From Microcoleus sp. (lineage in GTDB: Bacteria > Cyanobacteriota > Cyanobacteriia > Cyanobacteriales > Microcoleaceae): 64,000 bases of DNA. This document shows, piece by piece, positions 1 to 10,148 of this stretch; the first letter of the stretch is position 1; each line of letters starts with the position of its first letter. The notes under the pieces were generated by a model. It saw only the letters and a program-made list of their open reading frames with translations. It ran no database searches and was not told the origin of the DNA. The stretch covers positions 2,336,001-2,400,000 of the forward strand of contig CP181291.1 in assembly GCA_052279835.1 (NCBI GenBank), given 5' to 3'. Made by a program: the position numbers and the translations under genes.

Positions 1-1369
1 TTCGGCTCCACCATTCGGAACTGCGGTGGTCGATTTCACTCTCAGAGTAACCCAGCATTTCTTTCCAGCGATCGGAATAAAAACACTCATCAGTTTCAAT
101 ATTCCAATTCCAAATCCCTTGATTGTTGATTTGAAGCGCCAGATTTGCGAGGTCGGAACTTTTTTGAGAGATTTGTTCAATTTCTTGGCGATGCACCGCC
201 GCCATTTTTATTTGTGTAGATAGTTTTTTATATTGGGTGCTGGTAGATTCTAGCTGGCGCTGCAAAGCGATTAAACCCGAATGCAGAGATTTTGAATCCA
301 GGGCTTGCAATAGGATGGTTTTAGGATTAACAATACCGATCGGGTGACTATTTTCGTTGACAACTAATAAAGGCAGTTGGCAGTAGGTTTTTTGCAAAAG
401 ACCGATGGCTGTTTCCAAAGTTTGGTAAGGCCGTACCAGGGCTGGCGGGCTGCTGCAAACCGTTCCCGCTTTAGTTTGGTTAGAGTCTATTCCCAGTGCT
501 TGCAACAGCACAATATCGCGGGTACTGACCACCCCAAGCAGCTTGTTGTTGGTAAATTTTGAATTCTGAGTCGTGCCCGTCGCATTTTGTTCAGCGGTTT
601 CGGTGATCAATACATAGTTAACATTGTTTCTGAACATCAGTTGCGCCAAGTAACGAACTGAAGCACTAGCCGGAGCATGAATAATCCGGGAGGCAGCGAT
701 GCGAGGGATTTGATAAAGTTTGATTGAGTTAGCTGGCAACTCTAATTTCGGATGCAAACTTGGCGTTGGCGGAGGGGGTGTCAATACCGTTTGAGGTGAG
801 GAAACGCTACTAACTGCTTTTTTTTTCGAGTTCCCAGCATCCTGTAACATTTGTAGCAAGCTTTGAGTGCTAATGATACCGACAAGTTCGTCAACTTCGC
901 TGACGATGGGCAAGTGGCCTATTTGGTTTTTTTCCAGCAGACTTCCCAAGGCAAAAATGTCGGTAATTTGCGATTCTCTGGCTACAGTTACCGTTCTGAT
1001 CATAATTTGTTCGATCGCAAATCCTTTCAAAGACGCCCCGATCGAATTTAGCTGTACAATATCTCGTTCTGTGAGGATACCCAGCACCGGCCCATCAGCC
1101 GGATAGCTTGGTTTTGAACTGTTGAGACTCCGCCCATTTAAGTCTGAGTGTACCGGACGCGGTACGGTATCGTAAAAACCTAAATTTTTCCGTGCTGCTG
1201 CCTTCGGGTCTGTCCAAGTTTCTCGTTGAAAATTCCCGTGCTGTTCCAGCACTAGCACGTAACTAGCCCCTGTGCGACTCATCAGTTCGATCGCCTCTTC
1301 TATGGGTGTCTGAGGCGTTACAATGAGGGGATTGCGGTTAATTACCTGATTGAGGGAGGGAATAAACAT
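1..1369 (-). CDS. CBS-domain and PAS-domain sensor protein (5' part; runs off the left edge of the window)
   Basis: Not in the ORF track because it has no stop in the window. Manual translation from the ATG at 1369 gives MFIPSLNQVINRNPLIVTPQTPIEEAIELMSRTGASYVLV (CBS-like). The same frame reaches GIWNWNIETDECFYSDRWKEMLGYSESEI (PAS-like) at the window edge. Confidence 0.85.
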   Translation of the reverse strand, partial: MFIPSLNQVINRNPLIVTPQTPIEEAIELMSRTGASYVLVLEQHGNFQRETWTDPKAAARKNLGFYDTVPRPVHSDLNGRSLNSSKPSYPADGPVLGILTERDIVQLNSIGASLKGFAIEQIMIRTVTVARESQITDIFALGSLLEKNQIGHLPIVSEVDELVGIISTQSLLQMLQDAGNSKKKAVSSVSSPQTVLTPPPPTPSLHPKLELPANSIKLYQIPRIAASRIIHAPASASVRYLAQLMFRNNVNYVLITETAEQNATGTTQNSKFTNNKLLGVVSTRDIVLLQALGIDSNQTKAGTVCSSPPALVRPYQTLETAIGLLQKTYCQLPLLVVNENSHPIGIVNPKTILLQALDSKSLHSGLIALQRQLESTSTQYKKLSTQIKMAAVHRQEIEQISQKSSDLANLALQINNQGIWNWNIETDECFYSDRWKEMLGYSESEIDHRSSEWWSR

Positions 1370-2105
1370 CAGGGGGCATAGGAGTGATATTGGTTAGAAA
1401 ACCGCGACATCGTAAAGGTTCAGATATTTGGCTGCCGCCAATAGATGCTGACGGCTCTGGTAGTCGGGGTAATTGTCAGGATTTTGGCATCATAAACTTA
1501 TGCGGTAACACTAGACCCAAAATCTCCGATTTTTTTGATTATAAGCCACACTACCAATTGTCTTAACTTTAATCTTCCTTTTGACTCTATCAAAGATTAT
1601 ACTAGAGGACTGTACTTGACTGGTTAACTCTCTCACCTTTTTCTGGACGATACCGTAATTGCTCTCACCTAGGGAAGGGAACTGCCTGGAGTTCTGTGGG
1701 AGGTCTGACACCTCAACACCAGGTATTCACCAGGCATGGTCTGGCGATCGCCACCGGACGGATTTAAGTATTTGTACCGTAAAATAAGCATCACTAAGTA
1801 ACCTGGAGCAAAGCAATAACAGAAGTAATATCACTATTTTAAATTTTTCAATAAATCGCCTCAATTTTCATCATTTTTTTGATAAAAAATGGCATCAAAA
1901 TTGATAGCCAAGTCTAACTTAGGGGTGTAGTTATTAAGTTTACAGAAGTTGTATTTCTTCAAGTTAAACAAGCTTGAGGAAAGGTTATTTACGAAATTTA
2001 CACTAAAATTTATCACCAAATCCCCATCACTATACAGCCGAGCGCGATCGCAGCAAAATTCAGGTACGCTATCCTGTAATTATACCTATCTACACCATTG
2101 ATACC

Positions 2106-2600
2106 ATGTCTGTCGATCGCCTGCAAAAGATTGTTGATAGCTTGAGAGTTCGTCTCAAGCGCGATGTATTAGTTGAAAAATCCCTATACGAAATTCGGGA
2201 AGTCTTACAAAGCGATCGCGCCGTACTCTACTATTTTTACAGACAGTGGCATGGTCAAGTTACCTGCGAGATGTTAAGTGCGATCGAACTGTCAATTTTA
2301 GGTTCCACCGGGCCTGATGAGTGTTTTAACGGCGAATATGCTGCTTTGTATCAAGGGGGTAGAGTCAGAGCAATTACAGATATTGAACTAGAACCAATTC
2401 ACGAATGTCACCGAGATTTTCTGCGTAGCCTGAAGGTGCGCGCTAATTTAGCAGTGCCAATTTTAACGGCGAAGGGGCTTTGGGGACTGTTAATTGCTCA
2501 TCAGTGCAGCGGGCCACGCACTTGGTCCCGATCGGATATTGAATTCATGCAGACACAAGCACAAAATATAGCCATGTCTCCCACAATTCAAAATAGCTAA
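2106..2600 (+). CDS. Stand-alone GAF protein, DXCF cyanobacteriochrome-like
   Basis: GAF motifs LQSDRAVLY, RANLAVPIL and LWGLLIAHQC; has DECF and IHECH cysteine motifs. Confidence 0.85.
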   Translation: MSVDRLQKIVDSLRVRLKRDVLVEKSLYEIREVLQSDRAVLYYFYRQWHGQVTCEMLSAIELSILGSTGPDECFNGEYAALYQGGRVRAITDIELEPIHECHRDFLRSLKVRANLAVPILTAKGLWGLLIAHQCSGPRTWSRSDIEFMQTQAQNIAMSPTIQNS

Positions 2601-2767
2601 ACATCACATCCATCACCCCCTAATTCTTCAATCTGCATGGGTTGCTGAATCGTGATGCGCTGTTTGATAGCGAGCACAAGTTTAGATTATGTTTGGGTAA
2701 TGATAGTTGAGCGATCGCCCCTACACCAAAAATGAGCGCTCGCCTCCGCAGTCACCATTACCAAATC

Positions 2768-4219
2768 TCAACTAGACTGCGAAATCAAATCCGAATCCTT
2801 TTTTTCCTTCGAGCGATCGACTGAAAAATCTTCATAGTACGAGCGTTCAGTATTCACATCCCACAAATCGTGCTTTTCCCCCAGAATATTTCTCACCGCC
2901 AATATCCCCGTTAGCATAGAATGGTCTTGATTGTTGTATCGGTGCATACCATTGCGCCCGATCGTCTGCAAATTCTCAATTCCCTTCAAAAAACCTTCCA
3001 GAACCTGCAAGTGTCCCCGATATTCGCCATCATAAACTGGATAAGCTTTGAGTTGCCTGATCACAACTCCATCCTCAACATCCGCAGATTTTGCTAAACC
3101 CAAACCAACCAACTCGCGACTTGCTAATTCCACAAGTTCCGCGTCCGACATTTCCCAAATCTCGTCACCTACGCTACAGAAATATTCCATTCCCAAACAA
3201 CTTTTGTTAGCGTCTGGAACTAAAGCAGCACTCCAATTCTTGAAATTTTGAATTCGTCCAACTTTGACTTCGGGAGAGTGAATATAAATCCAGTTGTCTG
3301 GAAACAAATCCTGGCGATCGACAATCAGCGATACAATCAAAAAATCTCGATATTTGAGCGATCGAGCCGCGTGCAAAACCTCCGGTGGCGGCGGCGGCTC
3401 CATTCTTGCTACCAGCGCCGATATCGGCATACTCGTCACAAAATTATCCGCAGAAAATTGCACTAATTCGCCATTATGTTCAGCAGTAATACTTTTAATT
3501 TTATTTCCTTCACGCTGCCAGCTAATGACTTTAGTATCCAGGTAAACTTTGCCCTTTTTACTTTCCACAGCTTCCGCGAACTTTTCCCACATCATCCCCG
3601 GCCCCAAAGCCGGATAATCAAACTCTTTAATTAATGTTTTAGTATCATTGCTACCAAACAAAGCATTAATAATTGCTGTCTTCAATGACAATCCTTTAAT
3701 TCGCTGTGCCGCCCAATCAGCTTGAATTTCCGAACAAGGAATGCCCCAAACTTTTTCAGTGTAAGTTTTGAAGAATGTTTTGTATAGTCGTTCTCCAAAA
3801 CGATTGATCACCCACTGTTCAAAAGTTTTTTCTTCAGGAAGTGGCTGAATTCTCACTTTCAGATAGCTCAACAAAATTAGCATACTTTCAAATATGCCCA
3901 AATTAAATAGAGTATTGAAGGCACTTATCGGATAATCAAAAAAGCGACCTCTATAATAAATTCTGGACAATCGAGGCACTTTAATAAAATCATTTCCCAG
4001 TACCTCTTGCCACAACTGCTGCACGGCAGCAACTTTAGTATAAAAGCGGTGGCCACCAATGTCGAAACGATAGCCTTTGTAGGTTTCGGTGCGAGCTATT
4101 CCCCCTACTTTATCATCTTTCTCTAATACCACAGGGATGATACCTTGCTTGACTAGCTCGTAGGCTGTAGTCAAACCGGCCGGTCCAGCACCGACGATCG
4201 CAACAGGATAATGTTTCAC
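2768..4219 (-). CDS. NAD(P)/FAD-dependent oxidoreductase (UDP-galactopyranose mutase / amine oxidase-like superfamily)
   Basis: N-terminal GAGPAG dinucleotide-binding motif, FDIGGHRF, and C-terminal GRNGMHRYNNQDHSM. Confidence 0.85.
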   Translation of the reverse strand: MKHYPVAIVGAGPAGLTTAYELVKQGIIPVVLEKDDKVGGIARTETYKGYRFDIGGHRFYTKVAAVQQLWQEVLGNDFIKVPRLSRIYYRGRFFDYPISAFNTLFNLGIFESMLILLSYLKVRIQPLPEEKTFEQWVINRFGERLYKTFFKTYTEKVWGIPCSEIQADWAAQRIKGLSLKTAIINALFGSNDTKTLIKEFDYPALGPGMMWEKFAEAVESKKGKVYLDTKVISWQREGNKIKSITAEHNGELVQFSADNFVTSMPISALVARMEPPPPPEVLHAARSLKYRDFLIVSLIVDRQDLFPDNWIYIHSPEVKVGRIQNFKNWSAALVPDANKSCLGMEYFCSVGDEIWEMSDAELVELASRELVGLGLAKSADVEDGVVIRQLKAYPVYDGEYRGHLQVLEGFLKGIENLQTIGRNGMHRYNNQDHSMLTGILAVRNILGEKHDLWDVNTERSYYEDFSVDRSKEKKDSDLISQSS

Positions 4220-4336
4220 ACTTGCCTACCTCTAGTTTTTTATATGACTATCTAATGCTGTTATAACTTGTGAACTTAGTAGATGCACCCGTAAATACCC
4301 TGAGACAGTCTCGATCGATTGAAACATTTACCTTCT

Positions 4337-5389
4337 TCAGTTGGTCTTGAGCGGTTCAGCAGATACTGACAAGCTAAGCTTGACAGTCAAGGGCTTTTTT
4401 TGGGACAACACATAGCGAGCAGTGCCGATCGCAAAGCCTAGTCCGCTGTAAAAGTAGTAAAGCCAGTGCCAAGGAATTGTTTTGATCGCGAATATCATAC
4501 CATGTTTCCGCCAAAAGAAGGCGTAAAGCGGAGCATTAATTACTACCAGCGGTACAGCCAGCAAGCTAGCCAATATCAGAGCACCCAGAGACCACCAAGT
4601 ACCCAAAAATGACAGTAGCATTGCATAAGTTAAAACTATGCTGACGCGGCTGGAAACTTGCAAGTTGAGGTCATTGTTCAATTTGCGATCGCGCCAAATC
4701 AACTCTGTCCAAGGCAATGCTCGGTAGAAAAAATCTGCTCTGAGTAACGAAATAGGTTCCCACCGTTTTAAGTGTTTCACCTGTAATGTTTTACATAACC
4801 TAATTTTGTAACCTGCTTGTTTCAAACGGTAGCCTAGTTCAATATCTTCGATCGAAGGTCGGCGATAACTTTCATTAAAGCCACCCATCTGCAAGAAAAT
4901 TTCTCGGCGGATCAATCCACAAGCACCCCAAAAAGTTGAAGCTTCTTCATTACCTGTTTGGTGGACGTAGTGGTGCATCAGATTTCTATATTGCGACAAA
5001 AAACCTGGATCTCCAGGAGCATCGTCGTAAGAACCAATTGCCGCAGCTAAATAAGGGTTATTTTTGAACACCGAAATCGCGTAGCCTATAGCTTCGGGAC
5101 AAACAGCCACATCAGCATCCACGAAAAACAGAATATCTCCCTTCGCAGCCTGAGCTCCCAAATTCCTTGCCCGCGCAGGACCCCCAGATTCTGGAATTCT
5201 GATTAATTTAGCACCAAATTCCTTTGCCAAACGCCAGGAACCATCGCTGTCCCCATCTGCTACTACAATAATCTCCATCGGTCTCGGTACAGCTCGATCC
5301 AGTTTTGACAAACAGGTGCGGAAGTAAGCACCCCCGTTGTGGACTGGGATAATCACGGATACAGTTGGTTCAGCAGTATAAATCATCAC
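4337..5389 (-). CDS. Glycosyltransferase family 2 with C-terminal transmembrane segments
   Basis: SVIIPVHN, ARNLG, FVDAD (DXD) and IEDIELG motifs; hydrophobic C-terminus. Confidence 0.9.
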   Translation of the reverse strand: MMIYTAEPTVSVIIPVHNGGAYFRTCLSKLDRAVPRPMEIIVVADGDSDGSWRLAKEFGAKLIRIPESGGPARARNLGAQAAKGDILFFVDADVAVCPEAIGYAISVFKNNPYLAAAIGSYDDAPGDPGFLSQYRNLMHHYVHQTGNEEASTFWGACGLIRREIFLQMGGFNESYRRPSIEDIELGYRLKQAGYKIRLCKTLQVKHLKRWEPISLLRADFFYRALPWTELIWRDRKLNNDLNLQVSSRVSIVLTYAMLLSFLGTWWSLGALILASLLAVPLVVINAPLYAFFWRKHGMIFAIKTIPWHWLYYFYSGLGFAIGTARYVLSQKKPLTVKLSLSVSAEPLKTN

Positions 5390-5843
5390 CTAATTTCTTT
5401 AATTTTCCTAGCAAAAACTTCGGTTAATTTTACAGATGCTACTTTACAAAGGATAAAGGCAGCTCTACTTTTTACTCAACAACCCGAGCTTTGTTTCTAT
5501 TCAACAGCATTTTTTTCTGGGGTCTGTCGCTGCTTTTTCCCCAATTTCTACCCGTATTTTACGCCGGATTTGGCGCACACTGGTAGTATAAAAGCAACAG
5601 CTTTACAAGATCTTTAAAAATACCATGATTTGTGTAAACCTGATAACAAGCACGCTCCACTCTCTTCTGTGACTGTGTTGCCAGACACCAAATTGCGAGG
5701 GCGAACTCCATGAAACGTATAAAAAAGCACATATACCTGAAATGCTTTTTGACAGTGTACGATCGACCTGTAGTCGTTTCTTAACATAGCATTAGCTCAG
5801 CCTTTTTGATTCACAATTTTACCAAAGCCAGTTTAGACGATAT

Positions 5844-6947
5844 ATGAACATTTCCCACAACGACTTAGATTTGCCTTTAATTTCAGTCATCATACCTGCT
5901 TACAACGCTGAAAATTTTATTGCCAAAACACTCTTATCTGTATCATCTCAAACTTATCAAAACCTAGAAATATTAGTTGTTAACGATGGTTCTACAGACA
6001 CCACCGCAGACATAATCAAATCTTTCGCTCAAAAAGATAAGCGAGTTATCTTATTGGAACAATCAAATGCAGGCGTAGCCGCCGCGCGCAACCTCGCCAT
6101 CGCAAAATCGAGAGGCGAATATATTGCTCCCATCGATGCAGACGATATTTGGTATCCTCAAAACCTAGAAAAACAATTAGACTGCTTAAGGAAATCAGAG
6201 CCATCCGTAGGAGTGGTCTATTCGTGGTCCCTTGATATCAACGAAAAAGACTTACTTACAGGTGGATTTTACAACTCTATGGTAGAAGGAGAAGTTTACA
6301 CAGCTTTAGTTTATAAATATTTTATGGGTAATGCGAGTTCATGTCTGATTCGCCGGATTTGTTTCGAGAGAGTCGGCGGTTACAATAGCCAATTGAAAGC
6401 CGAAAACGCCCAAGGCTGCGAAGACTTGGAACTTTTCCTCCGCATCGCTGAACATTATCAATTTAAAGTAGTACCAGAATTTTTAGTTGGCTATCGACAG
6501 ATTCCCAGCAGTATGTCTTGTAACTATGCAGCAATGGCAAAATCTCACTCTCTAATTATGGCAGATGTGCGGGAGCAGCATCCAGAAATCCCTGCCAAAA
6601 TTTATCGCTGGTCAAGCAGCAGTTTTTATATGTACAATTTAGCAATAAAAAGCAACCGTAACGGCAACCATTTGAGTACATTATTTTGGCTATATCGAGC
6701 TTTTAAAGAAGATTTATCCATGACTCTTTTGCGTCACAACTTCTATATTTTGTGTATGGAAAGTATCTTAAGAATTCTAGTTAAACCATTTACTCAATCT
6801 GGGTTAGAGTTGAAACAACAATTGCCATCAAGTGAAGGAACAACAATGACCACCGTCAACCGCCGAACCATGATTCATAAAATGCTCCCATCTCAGGTAT
6901 ACGAACGACTCCGACTCAATATTTTAGTAAATCAAGGAGGCAAATAA
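5844..6947 (+). CDS. Glycosyltransferase family 2
   Basis: ISVIIPAYN, VVNDGSTD, ARNLAI, IDADD and CEDLEL motifs. Confidence 0.9.
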   Translation: MNISHNDLDLPLISVIIPAYNAENFIAKTLLSVSSQTYQNLEILVVNDGSTDTTADIIKSFAQKDKRVILLEQSNAGVAAARNLAIAKSRGEYIAPIDADDIWYPQNLEKQLDCLRKSEPSVGVVYSWSLDINEKDLLTGGFYNSMVEGEVYTALVYKYFMGNASSCLIRRICFERVGGYNSQLKAENAQGCEDLELFLRIAEHYQFKVVPEFLVGYRQIPSSMSCNYAAMAKSHSLIMADVREQHPEIPAKIYRWSSSSFYMYNLAIKSNRNGNHLSTLFWLYRAFKEDLSMTLLRHNFYILCMESILRILVKPFTQSGLELKQQLPSSEGTTMTTVNRRTMIHKMLPSQVYERLRLNILVNQGGK

Positions 6948-6955
6948 ACCAACAT

Positions 6956-6990
6956 AAAAAAACCAGATTTTAGCAATAAACCTGGTTTTT
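6956..6990. terminator. Probable bidirectional intrinsic terminator between the convergent GT2 and dps genes
   Basis: AAAAACCAG-ATTT...AAAC-CTGGTTTTT stem with A and T tails. Confidence 0.55.
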
Positions 6991-7073
6991 GATGTCATCT
7001 ATAGAATCAGGTTAAACAAAGGAACATATATTTTTCTGATTCCTGATTTCTGCTTGCTTCTACTTGTAAATTA

Positions 7074-7613
7074 TTAAGCGTGAGAAGCTGTAGGAGTTTG
7101 AGCTTTTGGCTGCTTACCATCGGGCGAAATAGATTCCCCTTCAATAAAAGACCGCAGCATCCAAGCCATTTGTTCGTGCTGTTCCATCAAACCAGTCAAA
7201 AAGTCTGCCGTTCCATCATCCTTAAACTCTTCACTGCACTGTTCGACGTGTTCACGGAGATTGCGAATAACCAACTCGTGGTCATCAACTAAACGCGATA
7301 CCATTTCCGTAGCTAAAGGCAAATCGCCGATATGTTCTTTAATAGAACCATACTTCAGAAAACCCTCAGCAGTACCAATTGGATAGCCACCTAAAGTTCT
7401 CACCCGTTCCGCCATAGCATCGATATTTAGTGTTAACGCCTGATAGTGTTCTTCCCACAACTGATGGAGCGATCTAAACTGCGGGCCAACTACATCCCAG
7501 TGGTACTTCTTAGTTTTGATTAACAGCAGGTAAGCATCGGACAGGTCGTGATTCAACAGTTCGATGACGCCTGCACGTTGCTCTTCGGATAGACCTATGT
7601 TTAACTTGCGCAT
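7074..7613 (-). CDS. dps: Dps family DNA starvation/stationary-phase protection protein
   Basis: KKYHWDVVGPQFRSLHQLWEE, DAMAERVRTLG and HEQMAWMLRS ferroxidase-centre signatures. Confidence 0.93.
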   Translation of the reverse strand: MRKLNIGLSEEQRAGVIELLNHDLSDAYLLLIKTKKYHWDVVGPQFRSLHQLWEEHYQALTLNIDAMAERVRTLGGYPIGTAEGFLKYGSIKEHIGDLPLATEMVSRLVDDHELVIRNLREHVEQCSEEFKDDGTADFLTGLMEQHEQMAWMLRSFIEGESISPDGKQPKAQTPTASHA

Positions 7614-7976
7614 TGCAACTGTTTCCTACAATCTAAGTTTCCATTCATTAAAACCGATTTACTGTGTCAATTACATCAACCCAAAGGACGATTGAAGTTT
7701 AGTAAAATAGCCTAGTTTTCTGTTACAATAATCGCCATATAGATACCTTTAGATAGATGCAATGAAACTTTTGGTTCCGAGCCGTTAGTGCCACTGTGGC
7801 GATCGCACCGATTGACAAGCCGGCGATCGCCCACTCAATATATATATGTGATGCTCTCATATCTGCCACTGTCTCCCAGCGCCCCAGACTCATCAGCTAC
7901 ATACCCTAGTTTGTCGTTTGAGAAACGAAAAAGTGTAACGAAATATTACAAAATGACGTTAAAACTGTATAGAGTC

Positions 7977-8005
7977 TTGACAGCCAAGAAAGGAGCCGCT
8001 ATTCT
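7977..8005 (+). promoter_or_regulatory. Sigma70-type promoter of the RHH-like/ycf46/DUF1257 operon
   Basis: TTGACA (7977-7982), 17-nt spacer, TATTCT (8000-8005), 36 nt before the ATG at 8041. Confidence 0.55.
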
Positions 8006-8040
8006 GATATACATACCCGGGTAAGTCAATTCACAGTCCT

Positions 8041-8391
8041 ATGCAAGAAAAGCAAAAAGTTACACTGTATCTTCCACCTGAACTGCATCGCCAGCTCAAA
8101 ATCAAAGCCGCAGTAGAATCTGAACCGATGTCATCAATTGCAGAAAGGGCAATTGTCTTTTACCTAGGAAACTCCGAACTGGTTGACGAAGTAGAAGCCT
8201 CCTACGGACAAACCCATCGGGTATACACTTGTCCAGAATGCACGGGTTCAGTAGTAATGCGAGATGGAGAACTGGCATCGTTAACAAGTCAGCCAAGCGT
8301 ATTGGCTGAGCAGGAGCTTCCAGTCAAGCAGGTGTCAGGCGTCAGCGCCAGCACAGCTCTACCGGGAGAGGAAGAATTAGTTCCCTGCTAA
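8041..8391 (+). CDS. Conserved cyanobacterial protein with N-terminal ribbon-helix-helix-like motif and CxxC (slr0373-like)
   Basis: KQKVTLYLPPELHRQLKIKAA RHH-like pattern and CPEC; lies directly upstream of the Ycf46-type ATPase. Confidence 0.8.
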   Translation: MQEKQKVTLYLPPELHRQLKIKAAVESEPMSSIAERAIVFYLGNSELVDEVEASYGQTHRVYTCPECTGSVVMRDGELASLTSQPSVLAEQELPVKQVSGVSASTALPGEEELVPC

Positions 8392-8497
8392 GAATGCCTT
8401 GCTTCCGCAAGCGGCTAGAACTGAAATAGTCAGTTTTCAGCTAATGGCAGCATTGAGATTTAGCCAAGATAGCACCGTCTCTAGTGGGTCGAGGAAT

Positions 8498-10018
8498 ATG
8501 CAAGAAGAGATCAGTATTCTAATCCAAGCTCAATATCCTCTGATCTACCTCGTGACATCCGAGGAAGAGCGGTGTGAGCAAGCAATTTGGACAATAGCTC
8601 AAGGCAAACCACAACGGCAAGTCTTTGTCTGGACTGTAACCCAGGGTATGCTAAAGTACGGTGAACCTAGGACAAACGCCCAGCAAAACACGCTCTCGCC
8701 ACAGGCAGCCCTGGAATGGGTGATCCGGCAGCGAGAACCCAACAGCAACCCCAGTATCTATATTTTCAAGGATCTTCATCCTTTTAAAGATGATGCGGCT
8801 GTAACTAGGTTGTTGCGTGATGCGATCGCCAACTTCAAAGGAACACAAAAGACAATTATACTGATGTCTCCTTTGCAGCAAATTCCGATCGAGCTAGAAA
8901 AAGAAGTGGTAGTCTTAGACTTCGCCCTGCCAGACATGGCGGAACTAAACCAAGTATTGTCTAGCCAGTTGGAACAAACCAAATCGCGACGCATTACCAC
9001 AGAAGGGCGAGAAAAACTCTTGAAAGCAGCCTTGGGGTTAACCAAGGATGAAGCCGAAAAAGTTTATCGCAAAGCCCAAGTTTGCAAAGGGCGCTTGACA
9101 GAAGAGGAAGTAGACATAGTTCTTTCCGAGAAAAAGCAGCTAATTCGGCGCAACGGTATTCTAGAGTTCATCGAAGAAGACGAAACCCTGGATGCAATCG
9201 GCGGCTTAGAAGAACTCAAACGGTGGCTCAAGCAGCGTTCCAACGCTTTCACAGAGAGAGCGAGAGAATACGGTTTGCCCCAACCCAAAGGAATGCTGAT
9301 TCTTGGTGTACCCGGATGCGGAAAATCGCTGATTGCCAAGACTACATCCCGCCTCTGGGGACTGCCTCTGCTGCGTCTCGATATGGGTAGAGTCTACGAC
9401 GGATCGATGGTAGGTCGATCGGAAGCTAACCTCCGTAACGCCCTAAAAACCGCAGAATCCATCTCTCCAGCCATCCTCTTCATTGACGAACTAGACAAAG
9501 CCTTTGCAGGAGGCACTGGTTCGGCAGACTCAGACGGAGGCACATCCAGCCGAATTTTCGGTTCCTTCCTCACTTGGATGCAAGAAAAAACTTCCCCAGT
9601 TTTCGTCATGGCAACAGCCAACCGCATCGAGCGGTTACCGGGGGAATTCTTGAGGAAAGGGCGATTCGACGAGCTCTTCTTTGTTGACCTGCCAACGAAA
9701 GAAGAACGCCAAGATATATTCAAAATTCACCTGTCAAAGCGGCGCATGGACATCTCTCGCTTCGATTTAGAGCAACTGTCCAACGTTTCCGATGGCTTTT
9801 CAGGCGCCGAGATTGAGCAAGGGCTAGTAGCAGCCATGTACGAAGCCTTCGCTCAAGATAGAGAGTTTACGCAGTTAGATATCATCGCGGCCATTAAATC
9901 CACATTGCCACTGTCTAAAACCATGACCGAACAGGTCAGCGCCCTCCGAGATTGGGCGAGACAGCGCGCACGGCCCGCTGCGTCTTCCGTCGCTGAATAC
10001 CAGCGCATGGAATTCTAA
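8498..10018 (+). CDS. ycf46: Ycf46-family AAA ATPase (slr0374-like)
   Basis: Walker A GVPGCGKS, Walker B LFIDE and SRH ATAN...LRKGRFD. The ATG at 8498, preceded by GAGGA, is preferred over the ORF-track TTG at 8399. Confidence 0.88.
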   Translation: MQEEISILIQAQYPLIYLVTSEEERCEQAIWTIAQGKPQRQVFVWTVTQGMLKYGEPRTNAQQNTLSPQAALEWVIRQREPNSNPSIYIFKDLHPFKDDAAVTRLLRDAIANFKGTQKTIILMSPLQQIPIELEKEVVVLDFALPDMAELNQVLSSQLEQTKSRRITTEGREKLLKAALGLTKDEAEKVYRKAQVCKGRLTEEEVDIVLSEKKQLIRRNGILEFIEEDETLDAIGGLEELKRWLKQRSNAFTERAREYGLPQPKGMLILGVPGCGKSLIAKTTSRLWGLPLLRLDMGRVYDGSMVGRSEANLRNALKTAESISPAILFIDELDKAFAGGTGSADSDGGTSSRIFGSFLTWMQEKTSPVFVMATANRIERLPGEFLRKGRFDELFFVDLPTKEERQDIFKIHLSKRRMDISRFDLEQLSNVSDGFSGAEIEQGLVAAMYEAFAQDREFTQLDIIAAIKSTLPLSKTMTEQVSALRDWARQRARPAASSVAEYQRMEF

Positions 10019-10148
10019 AAGCTTTCTCCTGGTCCAAACAGGAGCAAAGGCTAGCCACAGCTAGCAGTTCGATTCAAGAGCCGCCCAGCGGCACCGTTAA
10101 GTCCAGACCGTTGTTGTTTCTCTCTCAGTTCTATTAGGAGGAAATCCA

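Noticed and set aside
811..830. Frameshift at the T9 run in the CBS/PAS gene
   Set aside because: The run reads as KKK in frame, and the frame is consistent with the PAS segment downstream.
7934..7950. NtcA binding site
   Set aside because: The spacing is GTA-N9-TAC, not the canonical GTA-N8-TAC.
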